Shown piece after piece: positions 21,591 through 31,860 of a DNA stretch of 64,000 bases (position 1 is its first letter; every line of letters starts with the position of its first letter). Position numbers and translations under genes: made by a program. Source of the stretch: Leptospira sp. (GTDB lineage Bacteria; Spirochaetota; Leptospiria; Leptospirales; Leptospiraceae); assembly GCA_034439575.1 (NCBI GenBank), contig JAWXAQ010000029.1, forward strand, positions 22,383 through 86,382, read 5' to 3'. The notes below the pieces were generated by a model. It was given only the letters and a program-made list of their open reading frames with translations. It had not been told where the DNA came from and ran no database searches.

Positions 21591-22844
21591 TTATTTTTTT
21601 GTCCAAACCGTCCATTCCCCTTTTTTAGAAGCTGCCACTTCCCATTCCGTACCAGGATCATGAAAATTTGAATCTATGGAAATAGCCAAACTCGGCTCAT
21701 CCTTTTCATTTTTGATAAAGGCCGCAAATCCATTATATTTCTCTGTTAGGTCAATCCAATTTGAGCCAGAAGTGATTCCCGCTTTCTTTCGCGCCTGCAC
21801 TAAATCTTTAATCTCTGTTAATCCCCAATCAAAATAATCTGGCCAATAGATACAAGGTGTCCCTGGTGTAGAAAGGATAAAGGCATAGGCACGAGATTTG
21901 AAATGACTGGGACATTCCCAAACTTTTTGGCCCCATCCATTGGCATGAGAATAGGGCGAAGCACCTGTATCATGATTGTCTACTAATGTGGCAACTAACT
22001 CGCGCTCACTTTTGTTGTGGCTTAAATTAAGTCCGTATTTTAAATAATCGGCATTGGCAGAATTGATTTCTTTTTTCAGTATCATATCAAAAACACAACA
22101 ACCAGATTCTTTTGCCCATCCAAGAATGCGTGATCTTTCATTTGATCCGTATCTTTGGAACATAGGATCATCTTTGATACTTGCTGCTTGCCAATACTCA
22201 CCCACCGAAAAGTATTCTACTTTTTTTGTGTCCTTGATGAGACTAAAAACATCCTTAGGATGATAGCCCCAAACAAAATCCCATCTCCATCCATCCACAT
22301 GACATTCATCTAAAAGTTCATTTAATGCATGTTTGAATCTGTTGTACACCTCAGGCATATCTAGTTTTAAATCACAACTACCATCAAAAAATGCTCCGCC
22401 TGTATCTGATCCACTTATGCGCCAAGCAGGGCCTGGATATTCCCAAGTATCCTTTTTCATTCTAAATCGATCTCTATGATTAAGAACGATATCTATAATC
22501 ACTTTAATATCTAATTTGTGAAAAGTTGAAACAAGTTCAATTAATTCTTGTTTGGTGCCATATCGAGAATTTAAATCAAAGTCCCGCCAAAAATAACCTT
22601 CACCTCCTCCATGTTTGCCATTACTTTCCCAATGAGAATCGTCAATCCAAGGGGGTGGGAGATAAAGTATAGTAATACCTAGAGAATGTATTTCGGGAGC
22701 AATATCGATAAGTGTTTTGTACCAAGATCGTTTTTGATTGTTAAGAGTTCCAGTTCCCTTGGTCTTAACTAAATTCCAATGGAAAGCTTGCAAAAGGATG
22801 TCTTTTCCATTTCCCCTGGTTGGTTCAACAATCTGTTCATTCAT
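21591..22844 (-). CDS. GH13 alpha-amylase, maltotetraose-forming amylase-like
   Basis: ILLQAFHWN, GGGEGYFWRDF, DIVLNH, GWRWDFVWGY (nucleophile), VGEYW (acid/base), VDNHDTG; probable ATG at 22844. Confidence 0.85.
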   Translation of the reverse strand: MNEQIVEPTRGNGKDILLQAFHWNLVKTKGTGTLNNQKRSWYKTLIDIAPEIHSLGITILYLPPPWIDDSHWESNGKHGGGEGYFWRDFDLNSRYGTKQELIELVSTFHKLDIKVIIDIVLNHRDRFRMKKDTWEYPGPAWRISGSDTGGAFFDGSCDLKLDMPEVYNRFKHALNELLDECHVDGWRWDFVWGYHPKDVFSLIKDTKKVEYFSVGEYWQAASIKDDPMFQRYGSNERSRILGWAKESGCCVFDMILKKEINSANADYLKYGLNLSHNKSERELVATLVDNHDTGASPYSHANGWGQKVWECPSHFKSRAYAFILSTPGTPCIYWPDYFDWGLTEIKDLVQARKKAGITSGSNWIDLTEKYNGFAAFIKNEKDEPSLAISIDSNFHDPGTEWEVAASKKGEWTVWTKK

Positions 22845-22933
22845 GGTAAAAATTTGACATATATCACTATTAGATTCAAGAATATTAATTAATTTTGATC
22901 GCCAAAGTAATATCACACAGATAGATTTTGTTT

Positions 22934-23707
22934 ATGTTCCATAGAAAAAAGCTGATGATGGGAGTCTCAGGATTCCTAATTTTTTTAGTAGGTTTGATTT
23001 ATTTTCTTTTTCCATCTAACAAAAAAACAATTCGTTTAGAAAGAGGGGCAATTGTGGAAGCGGTATATTCATTGGGAGCCGTGAAACCAATCCAGGAATA
23101 TTCCCTTAAGTTTGGAGTCGCCGCTTCCATTCGTGAATTGTTCATTGAAGAAGGAGAAACAGTGAACAAAAATCAAGCTTTACTTAGTAATGATTCAGGT
23201 ATCGTATTTCGAGCACCGTTCTCAGGAACAATTACCAACCTAACATTATCTAAAAATGAAATCGTGATGCCAGGTGTTCCTCTATTAAAATTAATCGATA
23301 TGAAGAACGCATACATTCAAGTTTCGCTAGACCAAGAGTCTGCTTTACTTGTGAGAGCAAATCAGAAAGTTCAATTGAGTTTTGAATCCATTCGCGGGCA
23401 TGTGTACCAAGGCTACGTTGAGAGAATATACCCTTCTCAAGGTCAATTTATTGTTCGAATTCAGGTTAAATCATTACCTGAAGGAATATTGCCAGAAATG
23501 ACAACTGATGTAGCAATAGAAGTCGCAAAAAAAGAAAATGTAATTCTTGTTCCACTCATTGCCATAGATAAAGGGAAAGTGATCCGAATTCGAAATGGGA
23601 AAAAACAAAAAGTTGATGTCAAGTTAGGTGCTATTAATTCTGAATATGCAGAGTTAATAGATGGTGATTTGTTAGAGAATGACGAAGTATTCATAAATAA
23701 AAGTTAA
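22934..23707 (+). CDS. Efflux periplasmic adaptor (MacA/HlyD-like)
   Basis: N-terminal TM, barrel-sandwich motifs EEGETV and RAPFSGTI, PEMT; precedes ABC permease and ATPase. Confidence 0.8.
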   Translation: MFHRKKLMMGVSGFLIFLVGLIYFLFPSNKKTIRLERGAIVEAVYSLGAVKPIQEYSLKFGVAASIRELFIEEGETVNKNQALLSNDSGIVFRAPFSGTITNLTLSKNEIVMPGVPLLKLIDMKNAYIQVSLDQESALLVRANQKVQLSFESIRGHVYQGYVERIYPSQGQFIVRIQVKSLPEGILPEMTTDVAIEVAKKENVILVPLIAIDKGKVIRIRNGKKQKVDVKLGAINSEYAELIDGDLLENDEVFINKS

Positions 23708-23708
23708 T

Positions 23709-24962
23709 ATGTTTTTTTTAGCAATTCGACAGATTCTATCTCGTCCGCAACAATCTATTCTGACCCTAATTGGTATTTTGCTCGGGACCGCGGGTTATGT
23801 AATGTTTTCTGGGATCATGCTTGGTTTTCAGTCTGTTATCATGGAACAATTGGTCAATTCTGATGGACAAATAAAAATTTCTCCGCGAGATGCAATTATT
23901 TCTGAAAAAACTTTCGAAGATATTTTTTTTGATGGTTATCAGGTGAAATGGTTGTCTCCTCCGTCAGGAAGAACTGATAACACTCGATTGACGAATGTAT
24001 TGGGTTGGATGGATAGGCTTAGTAATGACTCTCGTGTATTGGCTTATTCACCCCAACTAACGAGAGAGATAATCTATTTTAATGGAAAATCTACGGCACC
24101 AGCTAGGCTAATTGGTATAGATCCCATACGTCAGGGTAAGGTAACAAATTTAGAATCATACATATTAAATTCAAAGTTACAATCATTGAATTCTGGCGGA
24201 TCTCTAGGTATACTTGGGACTGGCATTTTAACAAAGTTAGGTGCAAAAGTTGGAGATACGATACGTGTTATGACTACAAAAGGTGTCTCTTCACCTCTAA
24301 AAGTAATAGGGGAACTTCAAACAGGAAATCGTTTAGTTGATGATGTTTCTTCCTATGCATCTATTGCGACAGTACAAAATATAACACAATCTAGTGGAGA
24401 GATTTCTCAAATCATAGTTAAATTAATAGATGTTCGAGAGGCTGAACGAATTGCCACTGAATGGGCTTATTTTAGTAAAGATAAAGTTGAAAGTTGGGAC
24501 CAAGCCAATGAAAGCATACTTTCTGTTTTTAAAACGCAAGATATCGTCAGAAATTCGACTACTTTTACAATCATATTAGTTGTTGCTTTTGGTATATACA
24601 ATATTTTGAATATGGTTGTGAATCAAAAGAAAAAGGAAGTCGCCATTCTTCGATCCATCGGTTTTGACGGAAGAGATACAATCATTCTATTTTTAATTCA
24701 AGGAATTTTATTGGGTCTAATCGGTGCATTTTTTGGATTAATACTTGGCGCATTTGGATGTTATATGATCGAAGGTATTCCACTCGGTTCTTCGAAAGGA
24801 GAATCGAAGGCTTTGATAAGAACAATGATGATTTCATGGGATTTTATAATCTATGTCAAAGCCTTATTCATCGCTATACTTAGTTCGACAATTGCAAGTT
24901 ATATTCCTGCCAGAATGGCAAGTCGCCTTTCACCAGTAGAGATCATTAGGGGCGCGACATGA
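23709..24962 (+). CDS. MacB/FtsX-family ABC permease
   Basis: LTLIGILLG, FGIYNILNMVV..KKKEVAILRSIG, PARMASRLSPVEIIRG. Confidence 0.88.
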   Translation: MFFLAIRQILSRPQQSILTLIGILLGTAGYVMFSGIMLGFQSVIMEQLVNSDGQIKISPRDAIISEKTFEDIFFDGYQVKWLSPPSGRTDNTRLTNVLGWMDRLSNDSRVLAYSPQLTREIIYFNGKSTAPARLIGIDPIRQGKVTNLESYILNSKLQSLNSGGSLGILGTGILTKLGAKVGDTIRVMTTKGVSSPLKVIGELQTGNRLVDDVSSYASIATVQNITQSSGEISQIIVKLIDVREAERIATEWAYFSKDKVESWDQANESILSVFKTQDIVRNSTTFTIILVVAFGIYNILNMVVNQKKKEVAILRSIGFDGRDTIILFLIQGILLGLIGAFFGLILGAFGCYMIEGIPLGSSKGESKALIRTMMISWDFIIYVKALFIAILSSTIASYIPARMASRLSPVEIIRGAT

Positions 24963-25633
24963 TTTCAGATGGAATCATTGCACAAGGTATATATAAAGCC
25001 TTTGGTGACCCGCCACAAAATATTCTTACTAACATTTCATTAGAAATTCAAAGTGGTGAGTTTGTCGCCTTAATAGGAAAATCTGGATCAGGTAAGTCAA
25101 CCTTACTTTATATATTGAGTGGTTTAGATAATCCAACAAGTGGAAATGTAAGTTTAAATGGCTATGATTTATCAGTTATAAATGAGATTCAAATGCATAA
25201 ATTAAGAAACGAATCCATAGGGTTTGTTTTTCAATTTCATTATCTTTTACCAGAGCTAACCGCGATAGAAAATATCACTATGCCATCTCGAAAAAATAAT
25301 ACATTAAATCTTTCACAAGAATATGCCAAACATTTGTTAAACGAATTTTCTTTAACGCATTGCACCGATAAATTTCCGAGTCAAATGTCTGGTGGAGAAC
25401 AACAACGAGTTGCCATTGCTCGTGCTTTGGTACAAAAGCCCAAATTTATTTTTGCCGATGAGCCAACTGGAAATTTAGATACAGCTAACGGTGACAAGGT
25501 TATGGAAATATTTACTAAGATAAATCGGGAAAATCATACTACAATTTTATTCGTAACACATGACCTTGATTATGCGAATTCTGCTAAAAAAAGAGTCCAC
25601 CTACAAGATGGACGCATTCTAAAAATAGATTAG
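24959..25633 (+). CDS. ABC transporter ATP-binding protein (MacB/LolD-like)
   Basis: [33 protein letters not shown]. Confidence 0.9.
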   Translation: MISDGIIAQGIYKAFGDPPQNILTNISLEIQSGEFVALIGKSGSGKSTLLYILSGLDNPTSGNVSLNGYDLSVINEIQMHKLRNESIGFVFQFHYLLPELTAIENITMPSRKNNTLNLSQEYAKHLLNEFSLTHCTDKFPSQMSGGEQQRVAIARALVQKPKFIFADEPTGNLDTANGDKVMEIFTKINRENHTTILFVTHDLDYANSAKKRVHLQDGRILKID

Positions 25634-25766
25634 CTTTGTCCGATCTTCAAAACTTGTAATTTTTCTACTTTTTATCTGCTATATTAGGCAAAAAAGGCAA
25701 GTATAGCAGATATTCCTCCAAAAAATTAGTGTCTTCCTTCTCCTATCATTAACTTTGGAAATTGAT

Positions 25767-26939
25767 ATGTTTGAACATTTTGAAACAGATGCTGTACGCA
25801 TCCAAACGCCGAGAACTGAGCAAAAGGAACATTCGACTCCTTTATTTATGACTTCTAGTTTTATATTTGATAATGCGGAAGAAGCAAGAGCGATTTTTGC
25901 TGATGAAATCCAGGGAAATATGTATTCCCGTTTTTCAAATCCAAATACGACGGAAATGATAGATAAACTGGCGCGAATGGAGAAAACAGAAGACGGAGTT
26001 CCTTTTGCTTCTGGAATGGCCGCTGTTTTTAATTCCATGTTCGCATTGTTAAAGTCAGGTGATCATGTTCTCGCTTCCAGATCAATTTTTGGTTCAACAC
26101 ATCAAGTTTTAACTCAAATTTTTCCAAGATTTAACATTGGTTGTTCGTATGCTGATATCGGTAACACCAAACAATGGGAAGAAGGTGTGAACCCAAATAC
26201 AAAAATTGTTTTTATAGAAACACCTTCAAACCCAGCATTAGACATTATAGATTTGGAATGGATCGCTGGCTTTTGTAAACAGCGCAATTTAATCTTAATT
26301 GTAGATAATTGTTTTTGCACACCTTATTTGCAAAGACCAGCTGAGTTTGGGGCAGATTTGATTGTTCATTCTGGAACAAAGTTTCTTGATGGGCAAGGAC
26401 GTGTAATCGCTGGTGCAGTCTTAGGTCGTAAAGATTTAATAAAAGAAATTCGAATTATTGCCAGGGCGACGGGACCATCCTTATCACCAATGAACGCATG
26501 GCTTATATCAAAAAGCCTAGAGACACTCGCGATTCGCATGGACAGACATTCAGAAAATGCTCATAAATTATCCGAATTTTTAGAAAGTCATTCTGAGATT
26601 GAACTTGTCAAATATCCTTTTTTACCTTCTCATCCTCATTATATACTTGCAAAAAAACAGATGAAGTTAGGTGGTGGCATTGTCACCTTTGTCGTGAAAG
26701 GCGGAGTTTCCCGAGGTGCCAGATTTTTGGATGCACTGAAATGGTTCTCACTTACGGCTAATCTAGGTGATTCAAGAACTACAGTGACTCATCCGGCTTC
26801 CACGACTCACGCAAAGCTAAAAGAAGAAGAAAGGCTTGCTGTGGGAATACTGCCTGGACTCATCCGAGTATCTGTCGGTTTAGAACATATTGATGATATT
26901 ATCGCAGAGGTAGATCAGGCACTTTTGCACTCAAAGTAA
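25767..26939 (+). CDS. metZ: O-succinylhomoserine sulfhydrylase (trans-sulfuration PLP family)
   Basis: EHSTPLFMTSSF, YSRFSNP, HSGTKFLDGQGR, ANLGDSRTTVTHPASTTH. Confidence 0.85.
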   Translation: MFEHFETDAVRIQTPRTEQKEHSTPLFMTSSFIFDNAEEARAIFADEIQGNMYSRFSNPNTTEMIDKLARMEKTEDGVPFASGMAAVFNSMFALLKSGDHVLASRSIFGSTHQVLTQIFPRFNIGCSYADIGNTKQWEEGVNPNTKIVFIETPSNPALDIIDLEWIAGFCKQRNLILIVDNCFCTPYLQRPAEFGADLIVHSGTKFLDGQGRVIAGAVLGRKDLIKEIRIIARATGPSLSPMNAWLISKSLETLAIRMDRHSENAHKLSEFLESHSEIELVKYPFLPSHPHYILAKKQMKLGGGIVTFVVKGGVSRGARFLDALKWFSLTANLGDSRTTVTHPASTTHAKLKEEERLAVGILPGLIRVSVGLEHIDDIIAEVDQALLHSK

Positions 26940-26950
26940 GAGTGCATTTT

Positions 26951-27427
26951 TTATTTCGAATAATTCAAGTTATTGCATTTTTCACAAATTTCTTTTGGTA
27001 TGATACCAACTTTCATAAGCAAACCAAAGAAAAAACAACCGGCACACCATCCTACAAAGGATTCAAGTGAGGCAAAAAAAACGAGTATGCTGAGTACAAT
27101 TCGATAAATATGGAATAAATCTAATTGGAATAATATAATCGATGTTAATGCGAATATAAATCCAATCAATTGAGCAAATCGTTTCGGTGGGCCAGCTGTT
27201 GGAATAAATGAGATTCCCAATTTTGGAACCAGATAACGAGACGTAATTAAGGCAAATGGTTCAAACTTCGGACCATAGGTGACTCTAGCCGTAAAACCAA
27301 AAAGTAAAATGCCAAGAGTAATTATATTTGGAAAAAATAGACTTATGAGTCCAAGAATTACAACCGTAGATGCGACGATGCGGGTAGCATTTTCATTTAC
27401 AACTTCAGGATAATCGCCAAATTTCAT
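26951..27427 (-). CDS. DUF4395-family membrane protein
   Basis: VNENATR, AGPPKRFAQLIG, LESFVGWCAGC, C-terminal CEKC. Confidence 0.8.
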   Translation of the reverse strand: MKFGDYPEVVNENATRIVASTVVILGLISLFFPNIITLGILLFGFTARVTYGPKFEPFALITSRYLVPKLGISFIPTAGPPKRFAQLIGFIFALTSIILFQLDLFHIYRIVLSILVFFASLESFVGWCAGCFFFGLLMKVGIIPKEICEKCNNLNYSK

Positions 27428-27580
27428 ATATGCCCTCTCTTTAGAAAGATTTGAATCGAGGGGATATTTTGCAAGAAAAATTCGTTTTTGCAGAGGAAAA
27501 GTTTATTTTATTGACATATTTCTGTTAATACGTGAAAAGTTCTTCAAATTCAAGCCATTTGTTTACTAGGAATTCGAAAC

Positions 27581-28534
27581 GTGTATAAAATCTCAGCATT
27601 TAATAAATTCAGAAACAGAGTGATTCTACTACTTGGACTGTTTTTCTGCCTCGTGTGTTTGGATGCGAAGGAGAATCACCCATCTAATTTTAAAGTTTGG
27701 GATTTATCTTCTTCATGGGTCATTTCCCCCTTACAAGCGCTAAATCTTGAGAAAAATGGTGCCAAGAAAGTGGATGCCAGAGGACTTCATCTTCGATTTT
27801 TACCACCATTGAAATCTTCTGTAAATATGAATTGGGAAGAGTTCACATTTGAAAAACAATCTGAAAAAGGGAAACTGTTAGGTAAGGAAATTGCCTTAAA
27901 AAAATTGAAAAAAATTGGTATAGAAACAAATTCCACCATACTTGTATTTGGTGATAGTCTGGATGGTTGGGGGGAGGAAGGACGAATCGTTTGGATGTTA
28001 AGAGAACTTGGAATTCAATCTTCCTATTTAGTCGATGGCGGAGTGAAACATTTCAATCACTTAAAAAGCAAAAAAGGGGACGAAAGTAAATCTCAAATTC
28101 AAAATTTTCATTCGAAAAGTAAAATCGTAAGTTCTTTCAATATCGAAGCAGAAACATTGTCCGAACTAGTAAAACAGAATAGTCAAAAAATTGAAATTCT
28201 TGATGTAAGAGAGAAACGAGAATTTTTGGGTGATACTCCTTATGGAGAATCTAGAAGAGGCCATATATCAGGCGCTAAATGGCTCTTCTATCGTGAATTT
28301 ATTGATGAATCTGGTTTTATAAAGTCGAGCGAAGAAATTATAAAACTACTTCATAAAAAAAACATTTCATTAAACGTGACTCTTGTCTCATATTGTACGG
28401 GAGGTGTTCGCTCTGCCTTTACGACTGCGGTTTTAGTATCTTATGGATTTAAGGCTCTCAATTATTCTGGATCTATGTGGGAATGGACCTCAAAAGATAT
28501 TACAAACTACCCAACAATTACTGGTGATTTGTGA
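27581..28534 (+). CDS. Exported tandem-domain sulfurtransferase (rhodanese)
   Basis: Signal peptide; GWGEEGRIVW, LDVRE, GHISGA, active-site YCTGGVRSA, NYSGSMWEW. Confidence 0.85.
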   Translation: MYKISAFNKFRNRVILLLGLFFCLVCLDAKENHPSNFKVWDLSSSWVISPLQALNLEKNGAKKVDARGLHLRFLPPLKSSVNMNWEEFTFEKQSEKGKLLGKEIALKKLKKIGIETNSTILVFGDSLDGWGEEGRIVWMLRELGIQSSYLVDGGVKHFNHLKSKKGDESKSQIQNFHSKSKIVSSFNIEAETLSELVKQNSQKIEILDVREKREFLGDTPYGESRRGHISGAKWLFYREFIDESGFIKSSEEIIKLLHKKNISLNVTLVSYCTGGVRSAFTTAVLVSYGFKALNYSGSMWEWTSKDITNYPTITGDL

Positions 28535-29859
28535 AAACATATAAAATATTATTAACATTCTCTGCATTTCTGATAGGCCTTTCTTTTATTTACATTTACA
28601 AACAATATTATAATCCCATATCAATTGAAGAAGTTTTTCCAGGTAAACCATGGAGCAAAACTATAGAACAACTCCCTGATCTCAAAGGTGTAGGTCCACC
28701 GAGAGCTGAAAATTGTGGAAAGTGTCACACTGAAATTTATCGTGAATGGAAAACTTCGACCCATGCTCATGCAAACTCTGATTTACAATTTCAGGCGGAA
28801 TTAAGCAAACCAAGTTCTCCGAAGTGGATTTGTTTAAATTGTCATATCCCGATTCAAAACCAAAGAGAGACTATCATCAATTCATTGCAAGGTGGAGATT
28901 ATTTTAAACCAATAGAAGTTACGAATACAAAATTTGATCAAGCGATGAAAGATGAAGGTGTAACGTGCGCTACTTGTCATGTGAGGCTTGATGAAAGAGG
29001 TGAGTCCGTAGTCATCACGGCGAATGGATTTTCGTCCCCCCCTCATCCCATCCAATTGAATCCAAAACTTCTCCAGAATAGGTGCTTGGACTGTCATAAT
29101 GAAACTTATACTCTAAACAAATCACTTGTTTGTTACTTTCAAACTGGCGATGAGTTACAAGAAGGGAAAAAACATTTTCCTGATAAAAATTGTGTCAATT
29201 GTCATTTACCAGAAATCAGTCGTTCCATAGTCAAAAATGAATTTAAGAAACCGATTCGAAATTCCCACAAACATGCGTTCATTGGTGGTGGTGTTCCTAA
29301 AGAATTTAATTTATATAAAGATCAAATACTGGGAGGTTATGTAACTGGCGTTACATTATTAAGCTTTGATTATGCGAATCACGAAATATCTGTTAAATAT
29401 CAAAATGCAAATGCTGCTCATTACGTTCCTACGGGCGATCCAGAAAGATTTTTACGATTAGAATTTATATTTTTGGATGAAATGAAGAAAGTTCTTTCAA
29501 AAAAAGAAGATACCATTGGGCAAATATGGCAATGGGAACCACAAGCTAAACTCATGAGCGAAAATAGACTTCGGCCAAAAGAAATTCGCGAATGGAGTGA
29601 ATCAAATTTAAATGAAAATGTACGTTATGTCATATTTCGTATCACACATGTTAAATTAAAAAATATAACTTCGGAATATATGCAATTAAATGCAAATTCT
29701 GCCTTAGAAAGTTATAGAGAAAAATTAAAAAATATAAAAGAATTTTATCCACATAGTTCAATTGTTTTAGAAAGTATGATAGATTTAAAAACAAAAAAAG
29801 TGAATGATACAAAATTGACTGATCTATTTTTAAGGAATCAATTCCGACGTGGAGAATAA
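28531..29859 (+). CDS. Membrane-anchored pentaheme c-type cytochrome (c554-like N-terminus)
   Basis: Five CXXCH motifs: CGKCH, CLNCH, CATCH, CLDCH, CVNCH; N-terminal TM; EWKTSTHA. Confidence 0.88.
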   Translation: MKTYKILLTFSAFLIGLSFIYIYKQYYNPISIEEVFPGKPWSKTIEQLPDLKGVGPPRAENCGKCHTEIYREWKTSTHAHANSDLQFQAELSKPSSPKWICLNCHIPIQNQRETIINSLQGGDYFKPIEVTNTKFDQAMKDEGVTCATCHVRLDERGESVVITANGFSSPPHPIQLNPKLLQNRCLDCHNETYTLNKSLVCYFQTGDELQEGKKHFPDKNCVNCHLPEISRSIVKNEFKKPIRNSHKHAFIGGGVPKEFNLYKDQILGGYVTGVTLLSFDYANHEISVKYQNANAAHYVPTGDPERFLRLEFIFLDEMKKVLSKKEDTIGQIWQWEPQAKLMSENRLRPKEIREWSESNLNENVRYVIFRITHVKLKNITSEYMQLNANSALESYREKLKNIKEFYPHSSIVLESMIDLKTKKVNDTKLTDLFLRNQFRRGE

Positions 29860-30568
29860 AATCATTGTTATCATACCTGTTCGTAATGAAGAAGAAAATT
29901 TGCCATTAGTAATCGGTGAACTATTGAATTTGCAATTATTTAGTTCTTCCGACATTATTCTTGTAGATAATGGATCAACTGACGCTTCTTCTGCGATAGG
30001 AAAATCCTTCGGAGTCAATGTCTTATTTGAGAATAATTTGGGATACGGCAGTGCTTGTTTGGCGGGTATTTCAGAAATTAAAAAGCAATTATTAAATCCA
30101 GATTGTGTTTTAATTATGGATGGCGATGGCGCAGATGATCCAGATGACATTCACAAATTAATTAAAATGTACAATGCGAATTCTACTGATCTTGTGATTG
30201 GCTCTAGAGTCTTAGGAAAAAGAGAAAAGGGTTCCTTAAGTTTGATCCAAAGGTTTGGAAATTGGCTTACCTGCTCACTAATACTTTTATTTTATCAAAG
30301 AAAATTTACAGATCTTGGTCCATTGCGACTTATCAAATACAGTTCTCTATTAAGAATGGGTTTGATAGATAAAACTTGGGGATGGAATATCGAAATGCAG
30401 ATTCGAGCCTTACAAGAAAAAATGAATGTAATAGAAATCCCAGTCAATTATAGAAAGAGAAAGTTTGGTAAATCAAAAATTTCTGGAACCCTTGGGATGG
30501 CAATGCGAGTGGGAATAAAAATTTTATATACTTTCTTTAATCTAACACTAAATAAACGAAACAATTAA
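29849..30568 (+). CDS. GT2 glycosyltransferase (polyprenol-phosphate glycosyltransferase-like)
   Basis: IIPVRNEE, VDNGSTD, GYGSAC, MDGDGAD, TDLGP, GKSKISGT. Confidence 0.9.
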   Translation: MENKIIVIIPVRNEEENLPLVIGELLNLQLFSSSDIILVDNGSTDASSAIGKSFGVNVLFENNLGYGSACLAGISEIKKQLLNPDCVLIMDGDGADDPDDIHKLIKMYNANSTDLVIGSRVLGKREKGSLSLIQRFGNWLTCSLILLFYQRKFTDLGPLRLIKYSSLLRMGLIDKTWGWNIEMQIRALQEKMNVIEIPVNYRKRKFGKSKISGTLGMAMRVGIKILYTFFNLTLNKRNN

Positions 30569-30576
30569 TATCGGTT

Positions 30577-31860
30577 ATGACAACTTTTTGGATTTTAGGA
30601 TATGCGTTTTACTTATACCTGATTGCAACCTATCTTCAAAGAGATAATTTGTTTTCGGTCATTGGATGTTTCACTCTTGCTTTTAGTATTTACTTTTTTT
30701 TGATTCCTATTGTGAAAAAAAATAGTATACGCGTGATATTTTATGCCGCTATACTTTTCCGTTTTGTCACACTTTTCCATCTGCCAACGTTAAGTGATGA
30801 TTTCTATCGATTTCTTTGGGATGGTTATTTGGTTTTTTCAGGCGAAAATCCCTATCTTAATACACCACAATATTGGATGAATTCAAATTTGCTAACGAAT
30901 ACACCAAATGAATTGGATCTATTATATGATAAAATGAATAGTAGAGAATTTTTTTCGGTGTATCCGCTTGTTTCTCAAGCTTTTTTTGTTATCCCTTGGA
31001 TATCTGGTTTTCAGACTATTGAAGCACAATCATTGATTCTAAAACTAATACTATTTACATTTGAAATTGGAAATTTATTTTTGTTGAAACAGAATCATCC
31101 GAAGAGCATCAACTATTGGTTATATGCTGGAAATCCCTTATTGATATTGGAATCTGTCACAGAAATTCATCTTGAATCCATACTAACATTCTTTATGTTA
31201 TTATTACTCTCAAGAGGGGTTCAAATTCGAAAATTCATTTTTTATTTGTTTTTTGTAATCTTAATTCATATAAAAATAAATTTAATTTTTTTAGCACCGG
31301 CTTTTTTCAAACGATTAAATAAAATTCATAAGTTCAGTTTTGTTCTTATCTCTTTGCTTTGTATTTTTTCCATTTTTCTTACAGTATTTTATAATTTGGG
31401 TGACCAAACAAGAAGTGGAATAGGATTATTCTTTCACTCATTTCGCTTCCATTCTCTCATGGAGATGCCAATTTATTTAATTTTATTCTTAATTCCTAAA
31501 TTCCAATACTTATCAGGATTTATTTCGTTAATTTTGGGCGGAATTTTATATTTATATCTACTTAGAATCAAAACTATAGATGATAATGGTTCGGTATTTT
31601 TGGGCTTACTGATATTATATTTATTCTCGCCCGTTGTGCATCCATGGTACATACTTCCTGTCTTCGCATTAAGCATAAGAAGTTCTTCATTTGAAGTTAT
31701 GATCACAGTATTAAGTGTTTTTGCCGCATTCTCGTATATTTTTTATTTCAATAATTCAATGATCATACAAATTTTATTTTCTCTCGTAGAGTCTATGTTT
31801 GTTGTAGGATATGTATGGATAAAGAAGCCCTCATTATTTTCGCAAAAAACCCAATCTTAG
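30577..31860 (+). CDS. Polytopic GT-C-like (GT87/DUF2029-like) membrane glycosyltransferase
   Basis: LSDDFYRFLWDG, NPY, YPL, NPLL and VHPWY motifs; about 10-11 TM segments. Confidence 0.65.
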   Translation: MTTFWILGYAFYLYLIATYLQRDNLFSVIGCFTLAFSIYFFLIPIVKKNSIRVIFYAAILFRFVTLFHLPTLSDDFYRFLWDGYLVFSGENPYLNTPQYWMNSNLLTNTPNELDLLYDKMNSREFFSVYPLVSQAFFVIPWISGFQTIEAQSLILKLILFTFEIGNLFLLKQNHPKSINYWLYAGNPLLILESVTEIHLESILTFFMLLLLSRGVQIRKFIFYLFFVILIHIKINLIFLAPAFFKRLNKIHKFSFVLISLLCIFSIFLTVFYNLGDQTRSGIGLFFHSFRFHSLMEMPIYLILFLIPKFQYLSGFISLILGGILYLYLLRIKTIDDNGSVFLGLLILYLFSPVVHPWYILPVFALSIRSSSFEVMITVLSVFAAFSYIFYFNNSMIIQILFSLVESMFVVGYVWIKKPSLFSQKTQS

